46,291 nucleotides of DNA from an uncultured Campylobacter sp. (GCF_937997595.1 NZ_CALKTS010000149.1:1-46291); one strand, 5' to 3'; numbered from the stretch's first letter, positions 9,458-20,336 are shown. Translations and numbers: made by a program. Notes: a model not told the origin generated them from the sequence alone.

Positions 9458-10702
9458 TTAGTTTTTGACGGCTTTGCCCAGATCCCACATAGGCATAAAG
9501 ATACCAAGAGCCAAAAGAAGAACCATGCCCGCCATAAAAAATAGCATGATCGGCTCGACGTAGCTTGAGATATTATCGATGATATCGTCAAATTTCTCTT
9601 TATAATAATCCGTGACGTTGCCAAGCATCTTATCGAGGTTACCGGCCTGCTCGCCCGCGCTGATCATCTGAATAAGCATACTCTCGTAAAGCCCTGTATT
9701 GTTAAACGCCTCGGTTAGGCTCACGCCTTGCTGCACGGCGATTTTAACGGTAGAGAGCTTCTCTTTTAAAGTATGATTATCCACCATCAAAACAGATGTA
9801 TCCAGCGCATCTGCGATAGGAATACCCGCTCGCACGAGCTCTGTAAAAATAAGCATAAATCGTGACATCGTAGAGAAAAATATAATCTTGCCGAATAGAT
9901 AGACCTTTAAAATCGTCTTATCAAAGCCCTTTTTAAACTCATCGTTATTGCGATACGCCCATCTAAGAGCTATGATAGTGCCTATAATGCCTACTAAAAC
10001 AAAAATTCCATAATTATTAAGCGTGCTTTCGATACCAAGTAGAATTCTAGTAGGCAGCGGCAGATCCGCGCCCAAATCCTCAAAAATCTCACGGAATTTC
10101 GGCACAACATACATCATCAAAACCGAAAACGCAATTGCCATAACGATCATAAGGATCATCGGATAGCGCATCGCCTTTTTAAATTTACGCTGGTTCTCCC
10201 AAAGCTCTTGAAGCATAGCGGCAAGCTTGGCTAGAGACTCTGCCATATTACCGGTTGCTTCACCAAGGCTTACCATCGCGACGACGACATCACCGAGCTG
10301 ACCTCTAAATTTCTCCGTAGATTCGGTAAGACTAAGACCTGCGTTAAGATCGTCGTTCATAGCACTAAAAATTTCTTTTAGTGTCTTATCCTCTGCCGCT
10401 CTTGCGACCTCTTTGATCGAGTCATGAATTGAAATTCCGGCATTTGTCATAACCGAAAGCTGACGGATCGACGCTACTAACGGCAGCGTTCTAACTCTTC
10501 CGCTACCACCTAGCATGCGCGAAACCTGCGCCTTAAAATCGCCGCCCGTATTGGCTACGACCTGGGTTTCACCTCTTTTTACGATCGTCCCGCCTACACG
10601 CTGTTTCATGAGGTTGTTTGCTTGCACCTTATCGCTAGCTTGCAAAAACATCTTCTTTCTTGCGCCCTTGGCGTTGTATTCAACTTCTAATTGCTTTTTC
10701 AT
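9458..10702 (-). CDS. ctsF: GspF/PilC-family platform protein CtsF
   Basis: Two T2SSF domains (GEATGNM, KKAMRYP, ADLPLPT, GEQAGNLD, YVEP..FMPMW). Confidence 0.9.
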   Translation of the reverse strand: MKKQLEVEYNAKGARKKMFLQASDKVQANNLMKQRVGGTIVKRGETQVVANTGGDFKAQVSRMLGGSGRVRTLPLVASIRQLSVMTNAGISIHDSIKEVARAAEDKTLKEIFSAMNDDLNAGLSLTESTEKFRGQLGDVVVAMVSLGEATGNMAESLAKLAAMLQELWENQRKFKKAMRYPMILMIVMAIAFSVLMMYVVPKFREIFEDLGADLPLPTRILLGIESTLNNYGIFVLVGIIGTIIALRWAYRNNDEFKKGFDKTILKVYLFGKIIFFSTMSRFMLIFTELVRAGIPIADALDTSVLMVDNHTLKEKLSTVKIAVQQGVSLTEAFNNTGLYESMLIQMISAGEQAGNLDKMLGNVTDYYKEKFDDIIDNISSYVEPIMLFFMAGMVLLLALGIFMPMWDLGKAVKN

Positions 10703-12459
10703 TGTTTAGCCACCCTATAAATTTCTTCTATACTAGTTACTCCGCGCGCAGCACGTATAACACCATCTTCAAACATATCTATAAAACCCTCCTCCTTCGC
10801 CAAGGCCCTCATATCGTCCTTTGAGCCGCCGTTAGCGATCAAGCTCTGCATTTTATCGGTAATAGGTAAAATTTCACTAATCATCTCACGCCCCATATAG
10901 CCCGTCTGACCGCATTGATCGCAACCTACGGCCTTAAAAAATGTGTATTTTTCAGGCAAGAATTCCTTCAGCTGATCAAGCATCGATTTAGGCAGATTCG
11001 TAGGCTGCTTGCAGTGCGGGCAAAGCTTTCGCACGAGACGCTGTGCCTCTACTGCAATGAGCGCACCACTTATGAGGTAGGCCTCTATACCCATATCTAC
11101 TATTCGCGGGATCGCACTAACGGCGTCGTTGGTGTGTAGGGTCGAGAAAACCAAGTGTCCAGTAAGAGCAGCCTGGATCGCGATCCTAAGGGTCTCTTGA
11201 TCACGGATCTCACCGATCATTATGATGTCGGGGTCTTGTCTTAAGATCGAGCGCAATGCTGAAGCAAAGGTAAGACCCGCTTTTTCGTTAACTTGGACTT
11301 GTTGGATTAAATTTACTTGATACTCGACTGGATCTTCTACGGTAATAACCTTAGTATCGATATTTTTAATATCGTTTAGCGCTGCATATAGCGTCGTAGA
11401 CTTACCGCTTCCCGTAGGTCCGGTAACCAAGATAATACCATATGGAGCCTTCATAGCGTTATTAAATTTCTTAAAGCTATCAGGGTGCATACCGAGCTTT
11501 TCCAGACTTATGATAACCTTGGATTTATCGAGGATACGCATAACGGTAGATTCGCCATTGATAATAGGCAGTGTCGAAATACGAAAGTCGTATTCGCGAC
11601 CTGAAATTTTCATACTAAACCTACCGTCCTGCGGCTTACGGCGCTCGGCGATATCCATATTCGAAAGTAGCTTCAATCGGCTTACTAGCGGTGGATAGAT
11701 ATCCTTATCAAAGATAAAAATTTCAGCGAGCATTCCGTCGATTCTGGTACGCACGACGCAGTTATTCTCGGTAGGCTCGATGTGAATATCACTACCGCGC
11801 ATCTTAATAGACTGGCTGATTATCATCTCAATGAGCTTCAAAATCGCCGAGGTATCATCGCTGCTTCCGCTACCGCCGGTGTTAGCAAGCTCTTTGCGGA
11901 TCTCCGCTACGAGCCCCTTAATACTCTCTGAAAGCTCAAGCTTAGATAGATATTTATTTACTTGATTTGGATCGGCTACTACGATTTTAAGCAGCTGTTT
12001 ACTAAACATAGCCTGCGCTTTATCTTGCGACTCAAGGTTAAACGGATCAGAAAAAGCAACGTAAATATTCAGATCATCCGCTTTAACTGGTATTACGCCG
12101 TATCTTTTAAGCTGTGCGGTAGGAGTGCGTTCCGATAGCCTGAAGTCTATATCGATATCATCTAAATTCATATACGACAGGTTCATTTTCTTGGCTAGAA
12201 TTTGCAAAAATTCCTTTGGATCCATCGAAAATTTTTCGCTTATATCGTCAAATGCTATCTGACGACGCTTGTACAGCTCAACTAAAATTGAGCAAAAATC
12301 ATCCTGGCTTAGATAGTTATCTCCGACTAAAACCTCTCCTAGCGTCAAGCCGATATCCATCTTGTCCTTGATTTCCGGAACAACGGTGCTAGTAAGGATA
12401 TTGTTTCGTATTAAAATCGCAACGATCTGCTCTTCAATCTTCGTCATCGCGATCACCAA
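10699..12459 (-). CDS. ctsE: GspE/PilB-family assembly ATPase CtsE
   Basis: SDIHIEP, ERRKPQDGR, GPTGSGKST, TVEDPVEY, LRQDPD..GEIRD, GHLVFSTLH and a CxxC...CxxC zinc motif. Confidence 0.93.
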   Translation of the reverse strand: MVIAMTKIEEQIVAILIRNNILTSTVVPEIKDKMDIGLTLGEVLVGDNYLSQDDFCSILVELYKRRQIAFDDISEKFSMDPKEFLQILAKKMNLSYMNLDDIDIDFRLSERTPTAQLKRYGVIPVKADDLNIYVAFSDPFNLESQDKAQAMFSKQLLKIVVADPNQVNKYLSKLELSESIKGLVAEIRKELANTGGSGSSDDTSAILKLIEMIISQSIKMRGSDIHIEPTENNCVVRTRIDGMLAEIFIFDKDIYPPLVSRLKLLSNMDIAERRKPQDGRFSMKISGREYDFRISTLPIINGESTVMRILDKSKVIISLEKLGMHPDSFKKFNNAMKAPYGIILVTGPTGSGKSTTLYAALNDIKNIDTKVITVEDPVEYQVNLIQQVQVNEKAGLTFASALRSILRQDPDIIMIGEIRDQETLRIAIQAALTGHLVFSTLHTNDAVSAIPRIVDMGIEAYLISGALIAVEAQRLVRKLCPHCKQPTNLPKSMLDQLKEFLPEKYTFFKAVGCDQCGQTGYMGREMISEILPITDKMQSLIANGGSKDDMRALAKEEGFIDMFEDGVIRAARGVTSIEEIYRVAKQ

Positions 12460-12992
12460 TAAATTTTAATCGAGCTAAGCTTATCGCCAGCATAAATTGC
12501 AATTACCATCTTTTTTACCTCTTCCTCTTCTTTGATAAAAAGCTCGGCGCGCTCGCCGTTTTCTAGGGTAAAGATATACGTATCACTCTTTTTTACGTAT
12601 GCTCTCTCCGTAAATTTATCAAAAATTTCAGACAAAATATAATTAATTTTAGGCGTTCTTATATAGCTTATGTCTACGCCGTCGCAAAGCGCCAAATAAA
12701 GCATCTTTTTTTGAAAAATTATGGTCGAATAAAGAGAAGCATTCTCGCGAGCCTCTTTCGTCTTATAAAGCATCACCGTAGGCACGACGAGCTCATTTAC
12801 TTTATCCATCTTGAGGCATGCCTTGGCATACATATTCGCAAGCGCCTCGCTCTGCTCCTCGATGAATAAATTTCGCACGCTTTCTTGGCAGATACGGTTA
12901 TACTGACCGATCTGATCCCAGTTGCGCACGTCATCGGCGCTAACTGCAAATAACGACGCGATCGCAAAAGCTAAAATATATAAAATTTTCAT
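12453..12992 (-). CDS. Exported hypothetical protein within the cts operon
   Basis: Signal peptide (MKILYILAFAIASLFA); overlaps both neighbours; three Cys. Confidence 0.7.
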   Translation of the reverse strand: MKILYILAFAIASLFAVSADDVRNWDQIGQYNRICQESVRNLFIEEQSEALANMYAKACLKMDKVNELVVPTVMLYKTKEARENASLYSTIIFQKKMLYLALCDGVDISYIRTPKINYILSEIFDKFTERAYVKKSDTYIFTLENGERAELFIKEEEEVKKMVIAIYAGDKLSSIKIYW

Positions 12993-13996
12993 AGTTTATC
13001 GCTTCTTATCTTTGAAATAAGGTTAGAAATTTCGCTATTTTTCGCCTTTGCGTTAAAGGTCTCAAGAGCGTAAAGCGCGTCTTCCTTACGACCTTTTTTA
13101 TAATTGGCTTTAGCAAAAATTATCCAGCTGGCGACGTTGTCCTTATCAAGCTCATTTGACGTAAGAGCCCATTTGATTGCATTGTCGTAGTCTTTCTTAT
13201 TATATGCTTCTTCGGCTAGCGATAGCGAATACTCAATCTTATTCGTTGCATAAAATTTGCTCTCCAAGCTCTGCTTATCTTCGCTTAAATTTGAAGTTTT
13301 TATCTCAATTCTAGAACTTAGCGGAGCGCTACTTGCGGTATTTGTAGAACCTCCAGAGAAATTTGATTTAGGTGGCAATGGAGCGCGTCCAAAATCTATA
13401 ACCTCGTTTTTAGGCGGCTGATTTGCGAAAGCTGCGTTATTGGTATTAGGTACGTTAAATGTAGGAGCATTTTGATTGCCAAAATTCTGTCCACCAAAAT
13501 TTTGACCGCCGAAATTCTGAGCCTGAGCCTGCCCGCCATAGTTTCCGCCATTTTCGTAATTATTGGTTATCTTAAACCCGCCGGAATCCTCGCTGGATAG
13601 CACACCTACGTCGTTTAAATTTAAGCTTGGGCGTTCCTTTTCGTGTTTAGAGGCGCGGGCAACTTTCGGCGCGCTGATATTATAATCTTCTTTGGAGATA
13701 TTATTTTGCACTGCAAGATCTGCCGCCTGCTGTTCGGCATCATTAGCAGAATTTGTAGCTCCGCCCTTATCCTCAATATTTTGATTGATACTTGCCATGC
13801 TAACGCTATCGCTATCTTTAAGCAGCCAAAATATCGCTCCGATAGCAACCGAGATCAATATCAAAAGCCCCAAAATCGTCTTGTCAAATCTCAATACGAA
13901 ATTCGGCTTAGATTTTAGGAAAGAAAACTGCTTTCTGTTTTTGTTATACTCTTCCCATTTTTTTTCAAGTTCGTTTACTTCGTAAAATTCAAGCAT
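12989..13996 (-). CDS. ctsX: CtsX-like transformation protein (TM anchor, C-terminal TPR)
   Basis: Directly after ctsP; N-terminal LEKKWEEY, a single TM, an N/G/Q-rich linker and a TPR-like AIKWALTSNELDKDNVASWIIFAKA. Confidence 0.65.
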   Translation of the reverse strand: MLEFYEVNELEKKWEEYNKNRKQFSFLKSKPNFVLRFDKTILGLLILISVAIGAIFWLLKDSDSVSMASINQNIEDKGGATNSANDAEQQAADLAVQNNISKEDYNISAPKVARASKHEKERPSLNLNDVGVLSSEDSGGFKITNNYENGGNYGGQAQAQNFGGQNFGGQNFGNQNAPTFNVPNTNNAAFANQPPKNEVIDFGRAPLPPKSNFSGGSTNTASSAPLSSRIEIKTSNLSEDKQSLESKFYATNKIEYSLSLAEEAYNKKDYDNAIKWALTSNELDKDNVASWIIFAKANYKKGRKEDALYALETFNAKAKNSEISNLISKIRSDKL

Positions 13997-14819
13997 TTAT
14001 TATCCCCGAGCCTATCGCTGCCATCTCTATAATTTTATTATTAATCTGCGAAAAACTAATTTCCGTAGGTTTATTTACTTCGTAATACTCAAAAAGCTCA
14101 TACATCTTATACATAAGCTTGTTGATATTCCTCATATTACCGTCCGTTAAATTTAAAATCAAATCGAAATTATCGTCACTAAACATAAAATAGTATTGTT
14201 GAAAGCCATGAAGCACAAGCTTCTTTTCAATATATAGCTTGACTTCGCCTAAATTTGAATTAGGGAGCTCAATGCTCTCCCAAATTCTAGTTTTAAAATA
14301 ATCCTTTGCGAGGCGGTCTTCCTCGTCAGTCTTATGAACCGTAAATAAAAATTTAAATAATCTCGTATCCGCCATAAGGCGAATTTTTTCTATTAAATTC
14401 CCAGGATACAGCTGAGCCTCATCAAGCAAAATAACGACCTGCTCTACCGCCCCTACGTTAGTAGAAATTCCAAATCTCTCTCTGTAAACCCGCATAAAAT
14501 TTTCATAATTATCAATTGGCTCGCTAGGAGTTGAATGAAAAATCTGCGAATAAAGCTCTAAGAAAAATTCTTTCTCATCAAAAAACGGCTGCGGCACAAA
14601 TACGACTCTTACCTTTTTTTCAAGATCGACCTTGATCTTATTAAGCAAAAATGTCTTGCCACAGCCCGGTTTGCCGTAAAAAAGTATAAGTTTTAACGGC
14701 TTTTGCAAAGCATTTAAAATTTTATGATAAGCAAGGGTCGATTTATCGAGATTAACGAAGTCTGAGACTTCGTTATCCTCGATAAAAATCTCCTTGATCG
14801 CCGTATAGTTATTACTCAT
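13989..14819 (-). CDS. ctsP: AAA ATPase CtsP (ExeA/MshM-like)
   Basis: Walker A GKPGCGKT, Walker B ILLDEAQ, TDGNMRNINKL; directly after the secretin gene. Confidence 0.85.
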   Translation of the reverse strand: MSNNYTAIKEIFIEDNEVSDFVNLDKSTLAYHKILNALQKPLKLILFYGKPGCGKTFLLNKIKVDLEKKVRVVFVPQPFFDEKEFFLELYSQIFHSTPSEPIDNYENFMRVYRERFGISTNVGAVEQVVILLDEAQLYPGNLIEKIRLMADTRLFKFLFTVHKTDEEDRLAKDYFKTRIWESIELPNSNLGEVKLYIEKKLVLHGFQQYYFMFSDDNFDLILNLTDGNMRNINKLMYKMYELFEYYEVNKPTEISFSQINNKIIEMAAIGSGIINA

Positions 14820-16320
14820 TTTCGTAGATGGATTTTGAGTAACCTAGCTCTTTAAGAGAGGTAGCAAGCGGCGCGCCGGTATTGTCGATGATATGTGGAG
14901 TTACTACGAAGATTAACTCCGACGTTCGCAAAACATCGGCAGTACTTTTGAAAAGATTTCCGATTAATGGAATTTCAGCTAGCACAGGCACCCTAGTGTT
15001 ATCTTTCGACTTAGTTGCACCAATCAAACCGCCTAAAATTACAGTATCGCCATCATCTACCCAAACTACACTCGAGAGTTTCTTTTGCAAGGTATCAGGT
15101 GCGATATCTCTTCTGCCATTCTCTCTCCTTACATTATCTTCAGCATATTTAAGAGAACTTAAAGATGGATTGATTCGTAGCATAATCCTATTATCATCTG
15201 AAATTTCAGGCAAGATATTCAAAAGAATACCTACAAAGATCGAATACTGATCATCCGACTGAGTATCTCCGCCTTGATAATCACCTGTAGTAGTAGATTT
15301 CAATACGTAGTTAATGGTATCACCTACAGAGATAATAGCAGGCTGATTATTCATCGTAGTTACCTTAGGGCTTGAAATAACCTTAGTTTTACCTTTAGTC
15401 TCTAGGAAGTTAATCAAACCGTCGATATTGAAATTTAGATTAGCTCCTATCGTCCAAGTTCCGTGAGTATCGCTAGCCTTTCCTCTATTGCCGTTATCTA
15501 TATGATAGCCTGAAAGCTTAGTCGGATCTCCACCTACATAGGTATTAAATCCTAGTTGAAATTTACTCCAATCTATACCGGTGGTGTATTCGTTATTTAG
15601 CTCGACAGATATGATATTTACATCTAGCAAGACTTGACGACTAAGGCGTTTTTGCATACCGCTTAGATATCTATCGACGCGAGCTATCTGAGACTTCATA
15701 GCAGTAACGGTTACTAAACCGGCATTTTGATTTATAATAGGAGCGACTGCGACGTATTTTTCGGTACCGTTATTTAGAACGGAGGTGATTTCCTCACTAA
15801 TCTTCTCCCAAAAATCAAATTTTTCTTTGGTAGTGATCTTATTATCTTCTTTATTTTCTTTATCGTCACTATCATCCACTTTCGTAGGTGCGGAATCGAC
15901 AGAAGATTTAGTAACAGCAGTGCCTTCTCTAATAGAGGTGATGTAATCCACTTTAAAAGTCCTAGTCTCTAGCGCTGAAATTTTTAATATGCCATGAGAA
16001 TACTCATAGCTTAGATTATTCTCTTTTATGAGTAGATCTAAAACTTCGCGTAAAGAAAGGTCTTTGATGCTTACGCCTTGTAGTGGCTTACTCATCTCCT
16101 CTTGAGCGATAGCGTCTTTTGCTACCACTGAAAAGCGGCACATATCGGATAGCTGAGTTAGCATCTCGTTTAGCGTAACGGTATCGTTAATCTTAATATT
16201 TAGCGCCTTCCTATCGCAGTTACCTGCAGTTGCGGGAGCGGCATATAGACTAGTAGCCGTAACAGACAAAGCAAGCATAGCAGCTATGCTAAGCTTTTTA
16301 CTTATATGTAATAATGACAT
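14812..16320 (-). CDS. ctsD: Secretin CtsD (MshL/PilQ-like)
   Basis: TRTFKVDY, QVLLDVNIISVEL, GIDWS, ISSPKVTTMNNQPA, VILGGLI, VPVLAEIPLIGNLF, ELIFVVTP. Confidence 0.92.
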   Translation of the reverse strand: MSLLHISKKLSIAAMLALSVTATSLYAAPATAGNCDRKALNIKINDTVTLNEMLTQLSDMCRFSVVAKDAIAQEEMSKPLQGVSIKDLSLREVLDLLIKENNLSYEYSHGILKISALETRTFKVDYITSIREGTAVTKSSVDSAPTKVDDSDDKENKEDNKITTKEKFDFWEKISEEITSVLNNGTEKYVAVAPIINQNAGLVTVTAMKSQIARVDRYLSGMQKRLSRQVLLDVNIISVELNNEYTTGIDWSKFQLGFNTYVGGDPTKLSGYHIDNGNRGKASDTHGTWTIGANLNFNIDGLINFLETKGKTKVISSPKVTTMNNQPAIISVGDTINYVLKSTTTGDYQGGDTQSDDQYSIFVGILLNILPEISDDNRIMLRINPSLSSLKYAEDNVRRENGRRDIAPDTLQKKLSSVVWVDDGDTVILGGLIGATKSKDNTRVPVLAEIPLIGNLFKSTADVLRTSELIFVVTPHIIDNTGAPLATSLKELGYSKSIYENE

Positions 16321-16726
16321 TTTGACTTCCTTGTTTTAGTGTTAGTTCGACTTTATTTTCATCGTCGTTGGTAATAATAACGCTATTGCCCGTTATTTGC
16401 ACGATCTTATATGAGCCTACATATTCGCCCAAACCATACCACTTATCGTTTAGCTTAACCTTATCGCCCATAATACCTACTAGCTGATAACCTAGATCCA
16501 CCTGCTGATTAGCTTCTCTAGGTGCATTAGCTTCTTTAGGATAAAACGGATCTTGCAAAGAAGCTATCTGCTCATCGCTAAGACCCACTCTAGGTTTGCT
16601 AAGATTATCAAATATAGCATCGTATCTAGCCTTATAGGCACCATTGCTAGGCGCTACCGTCTGATTATTATCTACGGCAAACAGAGCAGTAGAAAGCAGC
16701 AAAGAGCATAAAATTAACTTTTTCAT
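16298..16726 (-). CDS. Exported PilP/CtsR-like protein
   Basis: Signal peptide; DPF motif and LVGIMG..KLNDKWY..G..VG.YKIVQI beta domain typical of PilP-like proteins; immediately upstream of the secretin. Confidence 0.55.
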   Translation of the reverse strand: MKKLILCSLLLSTALFAVDNNQTVAPSNGAYKARYDAIFDNLSKPRVGLSDEQIASLQDPFYPKEANAPREANQQVDLGYQLVGIMGDKVKLNDKWYGLGEYVGSYKIVQITGNSVIITNDDENKVELTLKQGSQNVIITYK

Positions 16727-17379
16727 TAGTAATTTACTCCCCAGATAGATATACCGATGCTTCCACCGATTTTGCCATTTTTAGTGGCATTGATATCCAT
16801 CTTATTTACATCTACGATCATCTCCGATTGTTCGATTAGGTTGATATACCTAAGGACATTCGAAAATGCTCCTTCAAATTTCACATCTATATCCAGCAAA
16901 GCCTCAGGCTGAAAAATTTGTTTGATGCTAGGCTCTCTTCTATCGCTGTGAATAGCGTAAATTTTAATATTGTTATTCTCTGCGATCGTTGAGAGGCTAT
17001 CCATAAACTTAGCCCAGTTCTTTTCATTATAGGTAAGCTTTGAAATTTCATTTAGCTTGTCGTCTAGATACCCACGCTCTTCAATGATATTGTTAAGGTT
17101 GGTCTTAGCACCATTGAGGATATTGCGCTTATTATCAACGAAAGCTTTAGGATCACCACCAAAAAACTCGTTATACTCTCTTTGTGCGCCCTCAAGCTTA
17201 GTCGTGGCAGTACTTAGATTTGTTTCGCTCTCTTCTAAATACGGATCCGCATAGTTACTCAAAATAAAGTAAGCTACCAAACCTACAAACAACAAAGCTA
17301 TGTAAAAATAGTTATTTGCACTATTTCCCTTGGAGGCAAACCATTGATCAAGTTGATCTAATGAACTTTTCTTTTTCAT
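16726..17379 (-). CDS. PilO/GspM-like bitopic membrane protein
   Basis: Single N-terminal TM, coiled coil, and C-terminal IDVKFEGAFSNVLRYINLIE, a PilO-like pattern. Confidence 0.6.
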   Translation of the reverse strand: MKKKSSLDQLDQWFASKGNSANNYFYIALLFVGLVAYFILSNYADPYLEESETNLSTATTKLEGAQREYNEFFGGDPKAFVDNKRNILNGAKTNLNNIIEERGYLDDKLNEISKLTYNEKNWAKFMDSLSTIAENNNIKIYAIHSDRREPSIKQIFQPEALLDIDVKFEGAFSNVLRYINLIEQSEMIVDVNKMDINATKNGKIGGSIGISIWGVNY

Positions 17380-18899
17380 TATTTAACCTCCACACTGATG
17401 TTGCTATCGTAAAATACGGTTTTATTACCCTCTTGTAGTGTGATTGTTTTGGTATCCACGCCATACACCTCTTTTTTACTGATATCCTCTAAAAGTTCGG
17501 TCATTTGCTTATCGTTTTTGGTGCGCACCTGAACAGTTAGAGTCCTATTCTCATCACCGATCCTAACCATATTGCCCTTATTTTTAACAACCATATTGGT
17601 TAGCTCGAAAATAGAAACGCCTTTCATGGCGTAATTGTTTTTCTTATCTGAGATAGCGTTAATTAGTTCGCGCCTATCGTTAAGCTCCTTACCACTCTTA
17701 GCAGCCTGGGCATTTACCTCTTTAGTCTCTTTATCCAAACGCGCACTTTCGTCTCTAGCGGGACTCATTTGTTTTTCTAATCCATCATACTCGTTGATTT
17801 TATCATTAGCTACCATATTATTATAATATCCATAGCCGAAGTTATACGCAGGATACGCAGCACCAAGTAAGCAGCCTAGCAGCATATAGCCTATCAGCTT
17901 GCCGGTTGATCTTTGAGTCAAAGGCGGAGGTCTCATAAACGGCGAGTAGTTGTGATCGTCATCTTTGGTAACCAAATAATCTTGACCTACCAAGAACATC
18001 AAAATATCTAGCTGAGTGAGCGGATAATCTTTTGCGTTGATTGCAACGTTAAAATTAAAATCCTTGTATCTTAGCTTTAGATTATTTTCTACAAAAACCT
18101 CGATCGCAGGAATTTTACCGATATCCGTTCCGATATAGACATTTTGAATATTGACGTTGTAAATTTTACTAATACCGTTCAACACGTCGTTGATATAGTA
18201 AAACATATCGTCAAAAATTTGGATCATATAATCGCGTTCGGTCGGATTTTCTAAATTTACTCCCTGTTTGGAGAGCAATCTATAAAAGCTCTCTTCATCG
18301 ACCCTGCTACCGACTAGCTCGACATATTTTTCATGCAAAAATTTTAGGTTATATCTTACTTGGCGGGATTGAAAATATTCGCCGTTTTGATACACTACCA
18401 AAAACGCATCGTCGCGTTGCAAGTAGATGAAGCAGTCGATTCCGTCGCGAGTTAGGACGCCTCTATTATACAAGCCCTCGTATAAAAACGGGGCCATTGC
18501 CACGTAATCGATGTAGTTCGTCCTAGCGGCGATTGCATCGAATTCTGAAGTGAGTTTGGCATTATCTACGACAAAGACATTGAAAATTCTATCATCGCCG
18601 CCAGCGCCTATTACCTCACTATAGGTGATTTTGTAATCCAAAGCGGTGTCAAGCCCCAGCTCCTCATACACCTTAACGACGATCGCATCTAAAAGATCCG
18701 CGTCCTCTACCGATCTGCTTATCTCAACCGTCGCAGTCATTATATCCTTATACGGAATATATGAGACGTAAGTTTCCTTCGCACGATTCGCTTTTGAGAA
18801 GTCGTGCTCGAAAACTTCATTCTCACTTAGACCGAATATGGTTTGCGTGACTTTGTTAATCGCAACAATCGAACTAGCATTTTTACTATTCTTTGCCAT
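17379..18899 (-). CDS. PilM/PilN-like (GspL-like) fusion protein
   Basis: Start revised to ATG 18899 (MAKNSKN) with GGAG RBS; large cytoplasmic domain, one TM (LIGYMLLGCLLGAAYP), coiled coil and C-terminal ferredoxin-like region; first gene of the cts block. Confidence 0.55.
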   Translation of the reverse strand: MAKNSKNASSIVAINKVTQTIFGLSENEVFEHDFSKANRAKETYVSYIPYKDIMTATVEISRSVEDADLLDAIVVKVYEELGLDTALDYKITYSEVIGAGGDDRIFNVFVVDNAKLTSEFDAIAARTNYIDYVAMAPFLYEGLYNRGVLTRDGIDCFIYLQRDDAFLVVYQNGEYFQSRQVRYNLKFLHEKYVELVGSRVDEESFYRLLSKQGVNLENPTERDYMIQIFDDMFYYINDVLNGISKIYNVNIQNVYIGTDIGKIPAIEVFVENNLKLRYKDFNFNVAINAKDYPLTQLDILMFLVGQDYLVTKDDDHNYSPFMRPPPLTQRSTGKLIGYMLLGCLLGAAYPAYNFGYGYYNNMVANDKINEYDGLEKQMSPARDESARLDKETKEVNAQAAKSGKELNDRRELINAISDKKNNYAMKGVSIFELTNMVVKNKGNMVRIGDENRTLTVQVRTKNDKQMTELLEDISKKEVYGVDTKTITLQEGNKTVFYDSNISVEVK

Positions 18900-18961
18900 A
18901 ACACTCCACTTCCAAATGAAATTTTCTACGCTGCTAATACTAATAGAAATAAAATAAAATG

Positions 18962-19831
18962 TCAATAGATAAAATCGGTTTTTACCCTAAATTCGTCATT
19001 TTTCCAGCTTTTTTTTACAAAAACTGTTAATTTTAAGTAAATTTTGACCTTAGAAAAATTTGAAATTAACTTTTTTGCTCGAATTCCGATCCGCTTGATC
19101 GCCTCGCCGTTTTTGCCGATCAGCATCTCTTTATGAGAATTAGTGTCCGTTATGACCCGCGCATATACCGAGATCAGACCCGGTTTTTCGACCACTTTTT
19201 CCATCACGACATCGCTGCAATACGGGATCTCGTCGCTCATGCCCTCAAAGATCGCCTCGAGTATGAAGTCGCGGTAAATTTCACGCTCGTTGGTTGCGCT
19301 TAAAATTTCGGGGTCGTAAAAATACTCGTGCTCGGGCAAAATTTTACAAATTTCGTCCAAAACTTGCTTTTTATAGACCTTTTTTTTGATGCTAACGGGG
19401 ATTATTGCTTCGAATTTATCGGTAAATTTTTGATATTGCAGCAGCTTTTGCACGATCTTTTCGTCGTTTGCTTCGTCAATTTTAGTTAAAATCACGATGT
19501 GTTTGGCGCCTGCGTTTAAATTTAAAAATTTTTCGTATTCAGATGTATCATCGTGCACGGGCGCTAAAAACAGCACCAAATCGCAACCCTCAATCGCTCC
19601 GAGCGCCACTTCGACCATCAGCTTATTCATCAGCTTGGCGCTTTCGTGCAGCCCGGGCGTGTCCGTGAAAATCACCTGATCGGCGCCGTTCATCGCGATG
19701 CCGTTAATCTTACGACGCGTGGCATTGATCTTGTGTGAGACGAGCGAAATTTTCTCGCCGCAGAGATAGTTTAACAGCGAGCTCTTGCCCGCATTCGTCC
19801 GCCCGATGAGCGTTACAAATCCGCTTTTCAT
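18962..19831 (-). CDS. era: GTPase Era
   Basis: [29 protein letters not shown], and KH domain EIPY...[12 protein letters not shown]. Confidence 0.97.
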   Translation of the reverse strand: MKSGFVTLIGRTNAGKSSLLNYLCGEKISLVSHKINATRRKINGIAMNGADQVIFTDTPGLHESAKLMNKLMVEVALGAIEGCDLVLFLAPVHDDTSEYEKFLNLNAGAKHIVILTKIDEANDEKIVQKLLQYQKFTDKFEAIIPVSIKKKVYKKQVLDEICKILPEHEYFYDPEILSATNEREIYRDFILEAIFEGMSDEIPYCSDVVMEKVVEKPGLISVYARVITDTNSHKEMLIGKNGEAIKRIGIRAKKLISNFSKVKIYLKLTVFVKKSWKNDEFRVKTDFIY

Positions 19832-20336
19832 ATTTTCCTTAAATTTATAAAATTTTATCCTGCTCGCGGCCGCAGCGTTAAGCTCCGATGGGCAAATTTA
19901 AAATCTCGTTTTGCGCAGGCCAGCTCTTGCACAAGCGGTTGAAATTTGAAATTCTGCCATCACATAAGCGGATAAAATTTAAAATTTCAAGCTGCGCGGT
20001 AGCGATAAAATCTTACCCGTCGCAGCACAGAATTTTATCTATCCAGAATCTCGCGAGCCGCGAATTCTGCAGCTTCGTAAATTGATCGCGAAATTTTAAA
20101 TTCTATCCTGCCATGCGCTACGGCTTGGCATATAACCCACGCAGCACAGAATTTCGATCATTCCTGAATTTTAGAGACTTAAAATTTCAAAGTATCACCA
20201 AATTTAAAAGGATGGAATTCTGCGCATTTTAAAATTTCGCTAAATTTCATACTTAAAATTCTAAATTGCTTTGCAAATTTAAAAACCGTAAAATTCCGCG
20301 ACTCTGCAGAATTCTAAGAGTAGCTACCGCGCCGCC

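Noticed and set aside
19888..20336. Small ORFs between era and hslU
   Set aside because: KF/KI/NF-rich translations simply reflect RAATTY-dense spacer DNA.
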